DNA from: Coleofasciculus chthonoplastes F2-STO-03
GTDB lineage: Bacteria; Cyanobacteriota; Cyanobacteriia; Cyanobacteriales; Coleofasciculaceae
DNA: 64,000 bases
Direction: 5' to 3'
Assembly: GCA_040222015.1 (NCBI GenBank)
Contig: JAVJWO010000085.1
Coordinates: forward strand, 12,775-76,774
The notes under the pieces were generated by a model that saw nothing but the letters and a program-made list of their open reading frames with translations, was not told the DNA's origin and did no database searches. The translations under genes were made by a program, and so were the position numbers. Shown here piece after piece: positions 41,590 to 50,115 of the stretch. Positions within the stretch are counted from its first letter, which is position 1, and every line of letters starts with the position of its first letter.

Positions 41590-43374
41590 TCAGCGCAGGG
41601 TCTTAAGTTGGAGCTGCGCTTCATTATATTGATCAATTCTGCCGTTGTTGAGATGTAGCTTAGAGGCTTGCTCTAAGTCGTTAATCGCTTCCATTGTATT
41701 CCCTAGTTCAGCATGGGTTAATCCTCGACCAGAGTAAGCAAAGGCATTATTGGGATTAAGTTGAATGGCTTCGGTATAATCGTCTAGAGCGCCAGAGTTA
41801 TCGCCAAATTTTCGGCGGACACGGGCGCGATTGGTGTAGGCGACGCTGTTTTGGGGATTGAGTCGAATGGCTTGGGTGTAATCTTCGAGCGCTCCTTGGT
41901 TATCGCCTAACCTACTACGAATTTCCCCACGATTAATGTAAGCATTCTCATAACTGGGTTCAATGCGAATCGATTGGCTGCAATCTTTGAGTGCTTTTTG
42001 ATACTCTTTAAGATTTAAGTAGGCAATACAGCGATTGTTGTAAGCGATGTGGTTATTTGGATTCTGAGTAATCGCCTCCGTACAATCTGCGATCGCGTCT
42101 CGATAGTTTCCTAGGTTAAACTTTGCCTGACAGCGATTTGTGTAAGCCATACTATCTGTAGGGTCAATCGCGATCGCCTGGGTATAATCGTCTACAGCCC
42201 CCCTATAGTCTGCCAAATGAAATCGGGTTCTACCCCGATTGTAATAAGCCTTAGCATCATTGGGATTTAACTCAATGGCTTGCGTATAATCTGCCATGGC
42301 TTCTTGTTGATTACCCATCGCCCCCAGCACTAATCCTCGTGCCGCGTAAGCTTGGGCATTTTGGGGATTGAGCTGAATTGCTTGATCAAGATCTGCAATC
42401 GCAGCTTTATACTGGTTCAGTTGGTAGTTGCTAATTCCGCGATGGTAGTACACTTGAGCATCATTGGACTTTCGTTGAATTAATTCGGTAAAATCTTCTA
42501 CAGCGCCTTGCCAATCTTCCAAATCGTAACGGGCTAGTCCTCGCTGATAGTAAGCCTCTGTATTACTTGGAGCAAGCTCAATAAGTTTAGTGTAGTCTTC
42601 AATAGCGGCTTGATGCGCTCCCAAATCATCGTAAGCTATTCCCCGATTCCCATAAGCTAATGGGTTGTTAGGATTAAGCTGAATTGATTCATCAAACGCC
42701 TCAATCGCGCCCTGCACATTACCACTTTTTAGTTGTTCGACTCCCTGTTCAAAAAACTCTTGCGCTTTTTCCCGGTCTGGATTTTGGCTTAGCAGCCCAA
42801 TTAATCCCAGCCCAAGGGCTAAACTGATTCCTCCTGCCAAAATGGGCAAACGCCATCGCTTCAGTCTGGATTGATTCGTCGGTTTCGGCAATGGTTTTTC
42901 GGGAAATATTTCCCAATTGCCAGAATTAGCAATGGATGTTTGGGTCGAGGTGGATATCAAGGGGGATTCTACTTCGGGTTCAGGGGGTTTAGCTGCCAAG
43001 GTTAGCATTTCTTGAAACCGGATTAACCCTTGATCGTCCTTGGGCTGTTGACCGGATTTTTTCAACGTATTTAAGGGATGATCGGGAACAAATTCTTCGA
43101 CTAGGTAAAATTTTTTATTTTCGACAAAATAGTTTACGATATCGGGATTTTGGTTGGTTTGTGCCAACCGTTCCAGGGTTTCAGTTTTATGAGTCAAGAG
43201 AAATTGCAGCCTACGAAGTGCCTGAGGATTTTTTGTGGGCAACTTGAGTTGTCGGATCACGCAAACCGGGCAATCGGGATGGCGAGTATCGGCGGCTAGG
43301 TAAATTAATCCTGAGACACCTGAGCCTAAAATCCTGACAACGCGATAACGATTATTGAAAACCTGATCGATCAT
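41590..43374 (-). CDS. TPR repeat protein with truncated N-terminal Ser/Thr kinase N-lobe and TM
   Basis: RYRVVRILGSG.SG.IYLA kinase start; TM; about 11 AY.NRG-type TPRs. Confidence 0.85.
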   Translation of the reverse strand: MIDQVFNNRYRVVRILGSGVSGLIYLAADTRHPDCPVCVIRQLKLPTKNPQALRRLQFLLTHKTETLERLAQTNQNPDIVNYFVENKKFYLVEEFVPDHPLNTLKKSGQQPKDDQGLIRFQEMLTLAAKPPEPEVESPLISTSTQTSIANSGNWEIFPEKPLPKPTNQSRLKRWRLPILAGGISLALGLGLIGLLSQNPDREKAQEFFEQGVEQLKSGNVQGAIEAFDESIQLNPNNPLAYGNRGIAYDDLGAHQAAIEDYTKLIELAPSNTEAYYQRGLARYDLEDWQGAVEDFTELIQRKSNDAQVYYHRGISNYQLNQYKAAIADLDQAIQLNPQNAQAYAARGLVLGAMGNQQEAMADYTQAIELNPNDAKAYYNRGRTRFHLADYRGAVDDYTQAIAIDPTDSMAYTNRCQAKFNLGNYRDAIADCTEAITQNPNNHIAYNNRCIAYLNLKEYQKALKDCSQSIRIEPSYENAYINRGEIRSRLGDNQGALEDYTQAIRLNPQNSVAYTNRARVRRKFGDNSGALDDYTEAIQLNPNNAFAYSGRGLTHAELGNTMEAINDLEQASKLHLNNGRIDQYNEAQLQLKTLR

Positions 43375-43611
43375 GGCAGCCTAGCACCTGGCTTATCGCC
43401 CTAAAGCATCCGTTTGGGGTCATTTTCAGTGTAGTCTGATCCCGAAAGGGAACAGGGAACCGTAAAGAATGTCCTAACCTCAATGGCACGCTCCAATCAG
43501 CATTTTGCGATCGCCGAAACTCCTGATATACCGTAGGGTGGGTACTGCCCACCAGCATACCAGTCAGTGGCATTCTTCCTAACGTATCTGCGTAGCCCTA
43601 TATAAACTGGA

Positions 43612-44358
43612 CTACACCCTCTGTCTGGTTAAATCTAGGATTAACTCCGCTAACTGGGGAGTTGCGCCAAGGGGTTCACCTAACTCAAGTTGGAGTTGAG
43701 GGTATTGCTGTTGTAAATCAAGGACAGATTGCGCGATCGCGTCTGTAAGTCCGCCAGCAAACAAAAAATAAGGCACAATGGCGATATGCTGATATCCAGC
43801 CTCCGCTAAAGTAGCGACTCGTTGACTGAGCGTTGGTTCGATTGACCAATAAGCGTCGATTGCGCCTAATTTCTGGGCTAAGGTGGCGACTGGCTGGTTA
43901 CCACCAGGGCGACGTGTGCCATGAGAGATTAGAATTTTAATCGGAGCATTTAGGGGTGGCTGTTGATTCACCAGCAGTTGTCCTAAATGGGGATGTACTC
44001 CGATATGAGGTTGCAGGTTGATGGTTAATTTTTCCCCTAACCGTTGTTGTGCGATCGCAACTTCTTCTGGGATATCCTCCATCACATGTACCCCCGGTAA
44101 GAGAAATAAGGGCAAAGCTTGGATCTGCGGGTAGCCAGTTCTTATCGCTTGAGTCGCAAACTGACAAATTTGTTCATGTAAGGATAGAGGTGCTAGTTCT
44201 AAAGTGGCAGTTCCGACGCGAATCCTCAAGGCAAGACTAGCCTCACCTTGACTCGCTAACTGCTTCTGGAGTAACTGTGCCAATTCCTCTAGTCCTCGCT
44301 GAGGACGTGGATCTCGGCTTCCGTGAGCAATAAGTAGATAAGCAGAGGAACTACGCAA
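43612..44358 (-). CDS. Sirohydrochlorin chelatase (CbiX/SirB family)
   Basis: IAHGSRDPR, PLFLLPGVHVMEDIP, SHGTR, PYFLFAG. Confidence 0.9.
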   Translation of the reverse strand: MRSSSAYLLIAHGSRDPRPQRGLEELAQLLQKQLASQGEASLALRIRVGTATLELAPLSLHEQICQFATQAIRTGYPQIQALPLFLLPGVHVMEDIPEEVAIAQQRLGEKLTINLQPHIGVHPHLGQLLVNQQPPLNAPIKILISHGTRRPGGNQPVATLAQKLGAIDAYWSIEPTLSQRVATLAEAGYQHIAIVPYFLFAGGLTDAIAQSVLDLQQQYPQLQLELGEPLGATPQLAELILDLTRQRV

Positions 44359-44764
44359 GAGTCTTAATCGTTAATGGGGATTACTGTAAACAATTGTATC
44401 GTCTGAAGTCGGAATTATGAATTATAAGAGGAAGGAATTGTTCTGAATGTGGAAACACCGTCTAAAGGATTTCAATGGAAATTTAAACCCCCATCAATGG
44501 AAGACCCCCCATCAATGGAAGAATATCATTGGTTGGCGAGATTTAAAATTTGTCCAGTTACCGTATTTCATTCAATTTGAAAAATGGTCGATCATGGAGA
44601 GAATATATCACTTACCGCTCTGCAAGAAAATATGGCAAAAGAATATGGAAAAGACACTGTATTGGAGCAATCAACTATGATTGAGCATCACTACTGGCTG
44701 TGGTATTCAAACTATTTCACTCAAATCGTTGCCGCCGTTGATGTTCAATCGGACAAGTAAGCGA

Positions 44765-45709
44765 TTAGCATTGAATCGTTTCTTTCTCTCGTTTCAGAAA
44801 TGGTAATGAAGTGGGGGAGGAATGAGTGGAAATGTAATTCCTATTTCGCTCTTGACGATTACCTCCTTTACTCCGCAAGAAACCCACTAAGTTTTGCAAA
44901 AGTGATGGCGTAATCCCTTGTTTCTCTGACGCTTTAGACAACTGAGCCTGTAAAGGCTCAATTTCTTGAGTGGGCAAAATACCAGCTAACAGAGGTACTT
45001 CCTCAACTAAACCTACAGTCATCAGGGTAAATGCGACATGCTGCACTTGTTCAACGGGAACATTTAGTTCTTTAGCGATCGCAGACAACGAAACTGTCCC
45101 TTGCGCTCGTTCCCATACTTGCTCCTCTAAAGGATACAAGCGATAAGCAGGACTACCCGCCATGATACTAGCTAATCCTGAATTTGGATCAGGTAGTTTA
45201 TCATGGAGATTATCCCAATTTTTCAGTAATCGCAACCCTCTCAATGTGGCTTCTGTCGCTGAGATGCTCAATCCCGTCATTTCTTTGGTGGGTATGGGAG
45301 CATTTGGGATAAATTTAAACTGACCTTCCTTGAGTTCAAATAAAGTACAGACTCGCTGCAATACCTGATTCTGAAAAAGTTGCTTTAAATGTTCGATTGA
45401 CAATATTCCGTGATGTTTGAGGCTTAACCCCAAGGGTTTATCAGTCGGACATAGCTGTACCAGTTTTGTTACTACGCGCTGGCTCACTCCCATCTGTTCA
45501 GCAATCAATTTCACTAAACCTTGATGATCTAATTGATGTGCTGCCGCCACAATACGTCCCTGGTAAACCCAAATGTAATAAATTGCGTTGAGTGGTGTGG
45601 GGTATTCTGGTAATGCTCCTAGCGTCAACACTCCAGTTTTCTGTCCTTTCTCTAGAAACTGGAAAATTTCTGGTATTGAAAAGTCGGATAAGGAACTGGT
45701 AATCGACAT
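44765..45709 (-). CDS. DUF4388 (PatA N-terminal-like) domain protein
   Basis: SLSDFSIPEIFQFLEKGQKTGVL, IWVYQGRIVAA, LF.LKEGQFKF; C-terminal HTH. Confidence 0.82.
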   Translation of the reverse strand: MSITSSLSDFSIPEIFQFLEKGQKTGVLTLGALPEYPTPLNAIYYIWVYQGRIVAAAHQLDHQGLVKLIAEQMGVSQRVVTKLVQLCPTDKPLGLSLKHHGILSIEHLKQLFQNQVLQRVCTLFELKEGQFKFIPNAPIPTKEMTGLSISATEATLRGLRLLKNWDNLHDKLPDPNSGLASIMAGSPAYRLYPLEEQVWERAQGTVSLSAIAKELNVPVEQVQHVAFTLMTVGLVEEVPLLAGILPTQEIEPLQAQLSKASEKQGITPSLLQNLVGFLRSKGGNRQERNRNYISTHSSPTSLPFLKREKETIQC

Positions 45710-46333
45710 AATTCTTGAATTGAACGCTACGCAGGATAATTTGCTCTACTACTAACGCATACTACGCTTTATTCGCTTACTTCGTAAGGCTTCAGCCGCC
45801 TTGCTTTTCAATTCTTTACTAGCCGTGAGCAAATTGTCGGCTTTTTGTTATCTACTATACGAAAATCCAGTGATTTGCCGCCAGTAACCTGGCATTTAGC
45901 GCTAAAGGTTTGCTCTAAAATACTAAAATTTGTTAAGCTATCAGCTCAGTTTTTATTCCTAAGTATCTATACCGGCTCCAAAAAAGACAACGGGGATTGC
46001 ATGGTGCTATTGAGTCTATCATCTCTCAATTTTACGCTTATCCTGCTGGTGGATTATCTCCGTCAAATTACGGAATAATCCTCTAAAATGTTAGCGATTG
46101 CTCACAATCTTAAATCTAAACAAAAATCACAAACTCTAACATTGTCAAAATTGATACAGTTAAATCTTTGAACTTGATCAGGACTACAGCTAGAGGGAAT
46201 CACCAGTGCTTGCGGTGGAGCATCGAACCTGCCTGCGATCGCGCTGACTTGATGTTTGATTGTTGATACCTACACCTGACAGCAGGATGACACCTCCCTG
46301 CCTCAAAATAAATGCAGATTTCATTTCAAAAAG

Positions 46334-46475
46334 CTATATAAAGGCTTAATTCGACTACGGAAATAGAATTCTGCGCTCTATGGAAACAACATTGATTTCT
46401 TCTATGAAGATCCCGACGCCGAAGTTTTGGGATACCTTCACTGGAATGATGAAGGATCTCGCCTAATCATCCTTA
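46334..46475 (+). pseudogene. Fragment of alpha-amylase/branching-enzyme family C-terminus
   Basis: LYKGLIRLRK*NSALYGNNIDFFYEDPDAEVLGYLHWNDEGSRLII with an internal stop; cut by an IS605 end. Confidence 0.6.
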
Positions 46476-46880
46476 GTGAACTACCCGACGCCCTCGCGCA
46501 GCCGAAGCGCGGGCTTCCTACCCAGAAACCAGCGTAGTAGTAGATTGCTTTCGTCCTCTAAGTAGGTTGGTGGAAATAAGCTCAACTATATTAAGTTATG
46601 TAAAACTCGCCTCAAACTCTTACAAAGGACGAATGACGAATGACGAAGGACGAATGACGAAGGACGAAGGACGAAGGACGAATGACAGCTCCTGGGTTAT
46701 TCACCATCAACAAGTTACCTGTCAACCATGATTCGGCGTGACTCCCTTGCCAACGCTAAGATGGGGTATCCGTTGCCAAATCAGGAGAAACAATCCACAC
46801 TCAAGCCAGTTTAGACTTATAATTTTGACTGGAGATTTGGGTTTAGATTTCCCGTCCTTGTCGGACGGCTTTAAAAATGT
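46476..46880 (-). mobile_element. Non-autonomous IS200/IS605 derivative with nested MITE/STRR
   Basis: Left-end hairpin CCGTCC/GGACGG 46852-46868; right end GAAGCCCGCGC...CGGGTAGTTCAC ending at 46476; insert at ~46560-46716. Confidence 0.6.
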
Positions 46881-47059
46881 CCTAATATATCGATGAATTC
46901 ATGTATACTAATAATAGCGGTAAAGCGCACATAAAAAGCGAAGTTGGTAAAGCGGATTATTATCTCTTGTATCCGGAGCCCTGGCAGCAAAGAATAAAGC
47001 CTAAATCTTGCAAACTGAGAGACGTTAAAGCGAGAATTCGATAAATCTCGATACATCAA

Positions 47060-47218
47060 AATACCGTGGGACACACGGAAATATAAGCTTGAGGAGTGAG
47101 TTGAAAGACTCAAGTATGCTCGATAAGACCAAAGGTAAACCAATTCACTTGTTGAAGCGGATAACCGGAGGCAAGGTCAGCCCAAGAATCCCCGCACGTA
47201 TAGGGCGGGGATTGTCAA
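47060..47218 (+). mobile_element. IS605 tnpB 3'-end remnant (reRNA scaffold and right end)
   Basis: Decayed TVGHTEI TnpB C-terminal motif; hairpin AATCCCCGC/GCGGGGATT followed by TCAA. Confidence 0.65.
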
Positions 47219-47237
47219 ACCAGTCCCCACCTGAGCT

Positions 47238-48341
47238 ATGTTGAACCGTTTCCAAAATCTATTTTCTAAGGGTAAGAAAGGTATCGGGATAGAATTAGCA
47301 CCAGAACGTATTAGTATCGCCCAACTGCGAAAGCAAGGTCAGGGCTACAAGCTGGTGAGCCTTCATACCCATGAAGTTCCCGAAGGTTTATTTGACGGAG
47401 GGAAAATAATCGATGCCGCCAGCTTAGCTGAACTTGTGACTGAAGTTCTTGACGAGCATAAACTCAAAGTCGAGCAAGTCGCTACGGCTGTCCCCATGCG
47501 GGAAGCGGTGATCCGAATTATTCCTATTCCCGCCGAACTCGATGACCAAGAACTGCGAGATATGGTTCTCAACCATGAAGCCGGTCTATACTTACCCTAT
47601 CCGCGTGAAGAAGTGGATTTAGATTACCAAAAACTGGGCTTCTTCATGGACGAAGACGGGATTGAAAAAGTACAAGTCTTGCTGGTGGCAACACGCCGGG
47701 AGGTGACAGACACCTATCTGGATACTTTCCAACTGGTGGGGTTAAAAGTCGATGTCCTGGAAATCAATAGTTTTGCCCTGATTCGCACCATCCGCGAGCA
47801 ACTGCGACAATTTGCGCCCCAAGAAGCGGCGGTATTAGTGGATATAGAATTTGATAGTACCGAAATTGCGATTATTGTCGATGGAGTCCCCCAGTTTTCC
47901 CGTACCGTTCCCATTGGCACATTCCAACTCCAAAGTGCGCTGTCACGGGCGATGAATTTACCGACATCCAGAAACACGGAACTCTTGCAGGGAATGACAA
48001 TACCCAACACTCCGGTGGATGGCATTCGCACGGGTGCCACGGGAATTAATCCGGGAATGGCAGCACTGCTGAGAGTTTTAGGTGAACTCGCCGATGAATT
48101 GCGTCGTTCCATCGACTTTTATTTAAATCAGAGTGAAAATCTAGAAGTGGCTCAACTCCTCCTCGCTGGACCTGGCGGCGGAATTGGACAACTGGATGAA
48201 TTTTTCACCCAACGATTAAGCTTGCCTACCACTCAGGTTGATCCGATTGCGGCACTATCCTTAGAGATGGAGCAAGATGTTCCCCCAGTACAACGACCCG
48301 GATTGGGAACGGTATTAGGATTAGGATTGCGGGAGGTTTAA
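47238..48341 (+). CDS. pilM: Type IV pilus assembly protein PilM
   Basis: GIGIEL, YLPYPREEVDLDYQ, ELRRSIDFY, GLGLREV. Confidence 0.95.
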   Translation: MLNRFQNLFSKGKKGIGIELAPERISIAQLRKQGQGYKLVSLHTHEVPEGLFDGGKIIDAASLAELVTEVLDEHKLKVEQVATAVPMREAVIRIIPIPAELDDQELRDMVLNHEAGLYLPYPREEVDLDYQKLGFFMDEDGIEKVQVLLVATRREVTDTYLDTFQLVGLKVDVLEINSFALIRTIREQLRQFAPQEAAVLVDIEFDSTEIAIIVDGVPQFSRTVPIGTFQLQSALSRAMNLPTSRNTELLQGMTIPNTPVDGIRTGATGINPGMAALLRVLGELADELRRSIDFYLNQSENLEVAQLLLAGPGGGIGQLDEFFTQRLSLPTTQVDPIAALSLEMEQDVPPVQRPGLGTVLGLGLREV

Positions 48342-48346
48342 CTCTA

Positions 48347-49216
48347 ATGTATAGTCTCGATATTAATTTTCTTAAAGATAGACCCGATTATCGCCAACCC
48401 GATAAAGGGTCTGAGTCCCCCAAAGCCAAAAAACAGATTCATATTGGGGAAATGACGCCGCTGGTTCTGGGTGTGATTGTTGGGTTACTGCCGCTGGCGT
48501 TAGCCGCCGGCATCGGTTTTTTGTGGCTACCTCAGCAAAATGCCAAGTTAAACCAGGAAATTGCTGAAATCGACCAAGAACTAGCAAGTTTGGAAGCGGA
48601 AAAAAATAAAATTAATAACCTGGATAATCAAATCCAAGCGGTGAGACAGGAAACCGAAGCCTTGGCAACGGTCTTTAATCAAATTAAGCCCTGGTCAGCC
48701 ATTCTACAGGATATTCGCGATCGCGTCCCCACCGGAGTCCAAATTCAAGCGATTGAACAAACGGAAACCGAAACTGAAGCGGCTGAGGGGACTGAGGGTA
48801 GCACCCCCTTACCCACAATTAACGTGGAGATTTCTGGCGTAGCGCGTTCATTTGATGATGTGAACAACTTTCTGCTGACGCTACAGGAATCTCCCTTCTT
48901 TCAAGAGGAAGAAACTCATATCGTTACCGCTCAACTGGAGGAGAACCCCGCTGAGTTAGAAGTACCGGAAAAGGAAGACGGCGAGACGGTGGCTGAGATA
49001 ACCTACGAGTTGCCCAAAGTGGTAGGCTATACCGTTGAAACGAGCTTGACAAATGTCCCTGCTTCTGAACTATTGCGCGAAATTGACCGCAAAGGAGCGG
49101 TGGGATTAGTGGCTCGGATCAAAGCCTTACAGCAGATTGAGCAAAATCAGGCAACAGAGACACCTAGCCCAGCTCCAAGCCCCAGCCGAAGCCCAACTGA
49201 GACAACTACGGAGTGA
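48347..49216 (+). CDS. pilN: Type IV pilus assembly protein PilN
   Basis: DINFL motif, TM, coiled coil, PWSAIL..I..RVP. Confidence 0.92.
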   Translation: MYSLDINFLKDRPDYRQPDKGSESPKAKKQIHIGEMTPLVLGVIVGLLPLALAAGIGFLWLPQQNAKLNQEIAEIDQELASLEAEKNKINNLDNQIQAVRQETEALATVFNQIKPWSAILQDIRDRVPTGVQIQAIEQTETETEAAEGTEGSTPLPTINVEISGVARSFDDVNNFLLTLQESPFFQEEETHIVTAQLEENPAELEVPEKEDGETVAEITYELPKVVGYTVETSLTNVPASELLREIDRKGAVGLVARIKALQQIEQNQATETPSPAPSPSRSPTETTTE

Positions 49217-49223
49217 TCTAACT

Positions 49224-50009
49224 ATGACTTATGCTGATCCAGATTTTATCCCCGTTGAAGAGCAGGAGGAAGAACCCAGTTATCCGGAGGCGTTTGGGAT
49301 TACCTTCACGCCAAAAGTTGCGGGAATTATCTTGGCTATTTTAGGACTTGGTGGGGCTGCTTATCTCGCCTGGAAAGTTGTGCAGCCTGCCTTGGTGGAA
49401 AACCAAGAATTAAGGGCGCAGCGTCAAGAAAAAGAGGGTCAACTCCAAGATCCCCAAGAAATTCAGCAGCAGATTCAACAGAAACAACAGGAATTAGTTC
49501 AGGTAAAGCAGCAAAACCAAACGGTGACAGGTTTATTTGCTGATGAACAATCGGCAAATACCTTGCTGCTAGATGTGAATCGGTTTATCAAAGACGCAGA
49601 CGGAAAATTGACGAGTTATGAACCTGTCCAAGTCAACGAAGAAGAAAGCAATATCGTTACCGATGGTTCCCTGGGAGCAGCCGTTAACGGCAAACTCAAA
49701 CGCCAAAGCTTTAATTTAGAGATGGAGGGCAGCTTTAACGCAATCCAGTCAATTTTACGGAGTATTGAGCGATTGCAAACCCTAGTTGTGGTGAAAGAGT
49801 TGACAACAGATATCAGCACACCGCAAGGGCTGTTGGTCGATGACCAAGGTACGGTGACACCCATTGTAGAGAAAGATGAACAAATCATTCGCGGTGCTCC
49901 ACCGACTCTGACAACAAGCTATAGACTGGATGTGTTGATGCCCTTGAGTGAGGAACAAAAGCAGGCAGAAATGGAAGCGGAAGCAGCCCCTGAAGAAGGA
50001 GCCCAGTAG
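49224..50009 (+). CDS. pilO: Type IV pilus assembly protein PilO
   Basis: YP.AFGITFTP, TM, coiled coil, G.F......LRSIERLQ; start set at ATG 49224. Confidence 0.88.
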   Translation: MTYADPDFIPVEEQEEEPSYPEAFGITFTPKVAGIILAILGLGGAAYLAWKVVQPALVENQELRAQRQEKEGQLQDPQEIQQQIQQKQQELVQVKQQNQTVTGLFADEQSANTLLLDVNRFIKDADGKLTSYEPVQVNEEESNIVTDGSLGAAVNGKLKRQSFNLEMEGSFNAIQSILRSIERLQTLVVVKELTTDISTPQGLLVDDQGTVTPIVEKDEQIIRGAPPTLTTSYRLDVLMPLSEEQKQAEMEAEAAPEEGAQ

Positions 50010-50115
50010 GGATATGGGGGAGTTGGGTGAAGAAATTCTGAACCCAGATTAATTAATTTATCCCCAACATCATTAGGATTAAGGTGGTTTAGAGGTCATA
50101 AGTGAGGAGTGAATT

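Noticed and set aside
44447..44760. AT-rich short ORFs with an 18-bp tandem duplication, possibly a broken foreign gene
   Set aside because: No motif I can assign; needs a tBLASTn/HHpred search.
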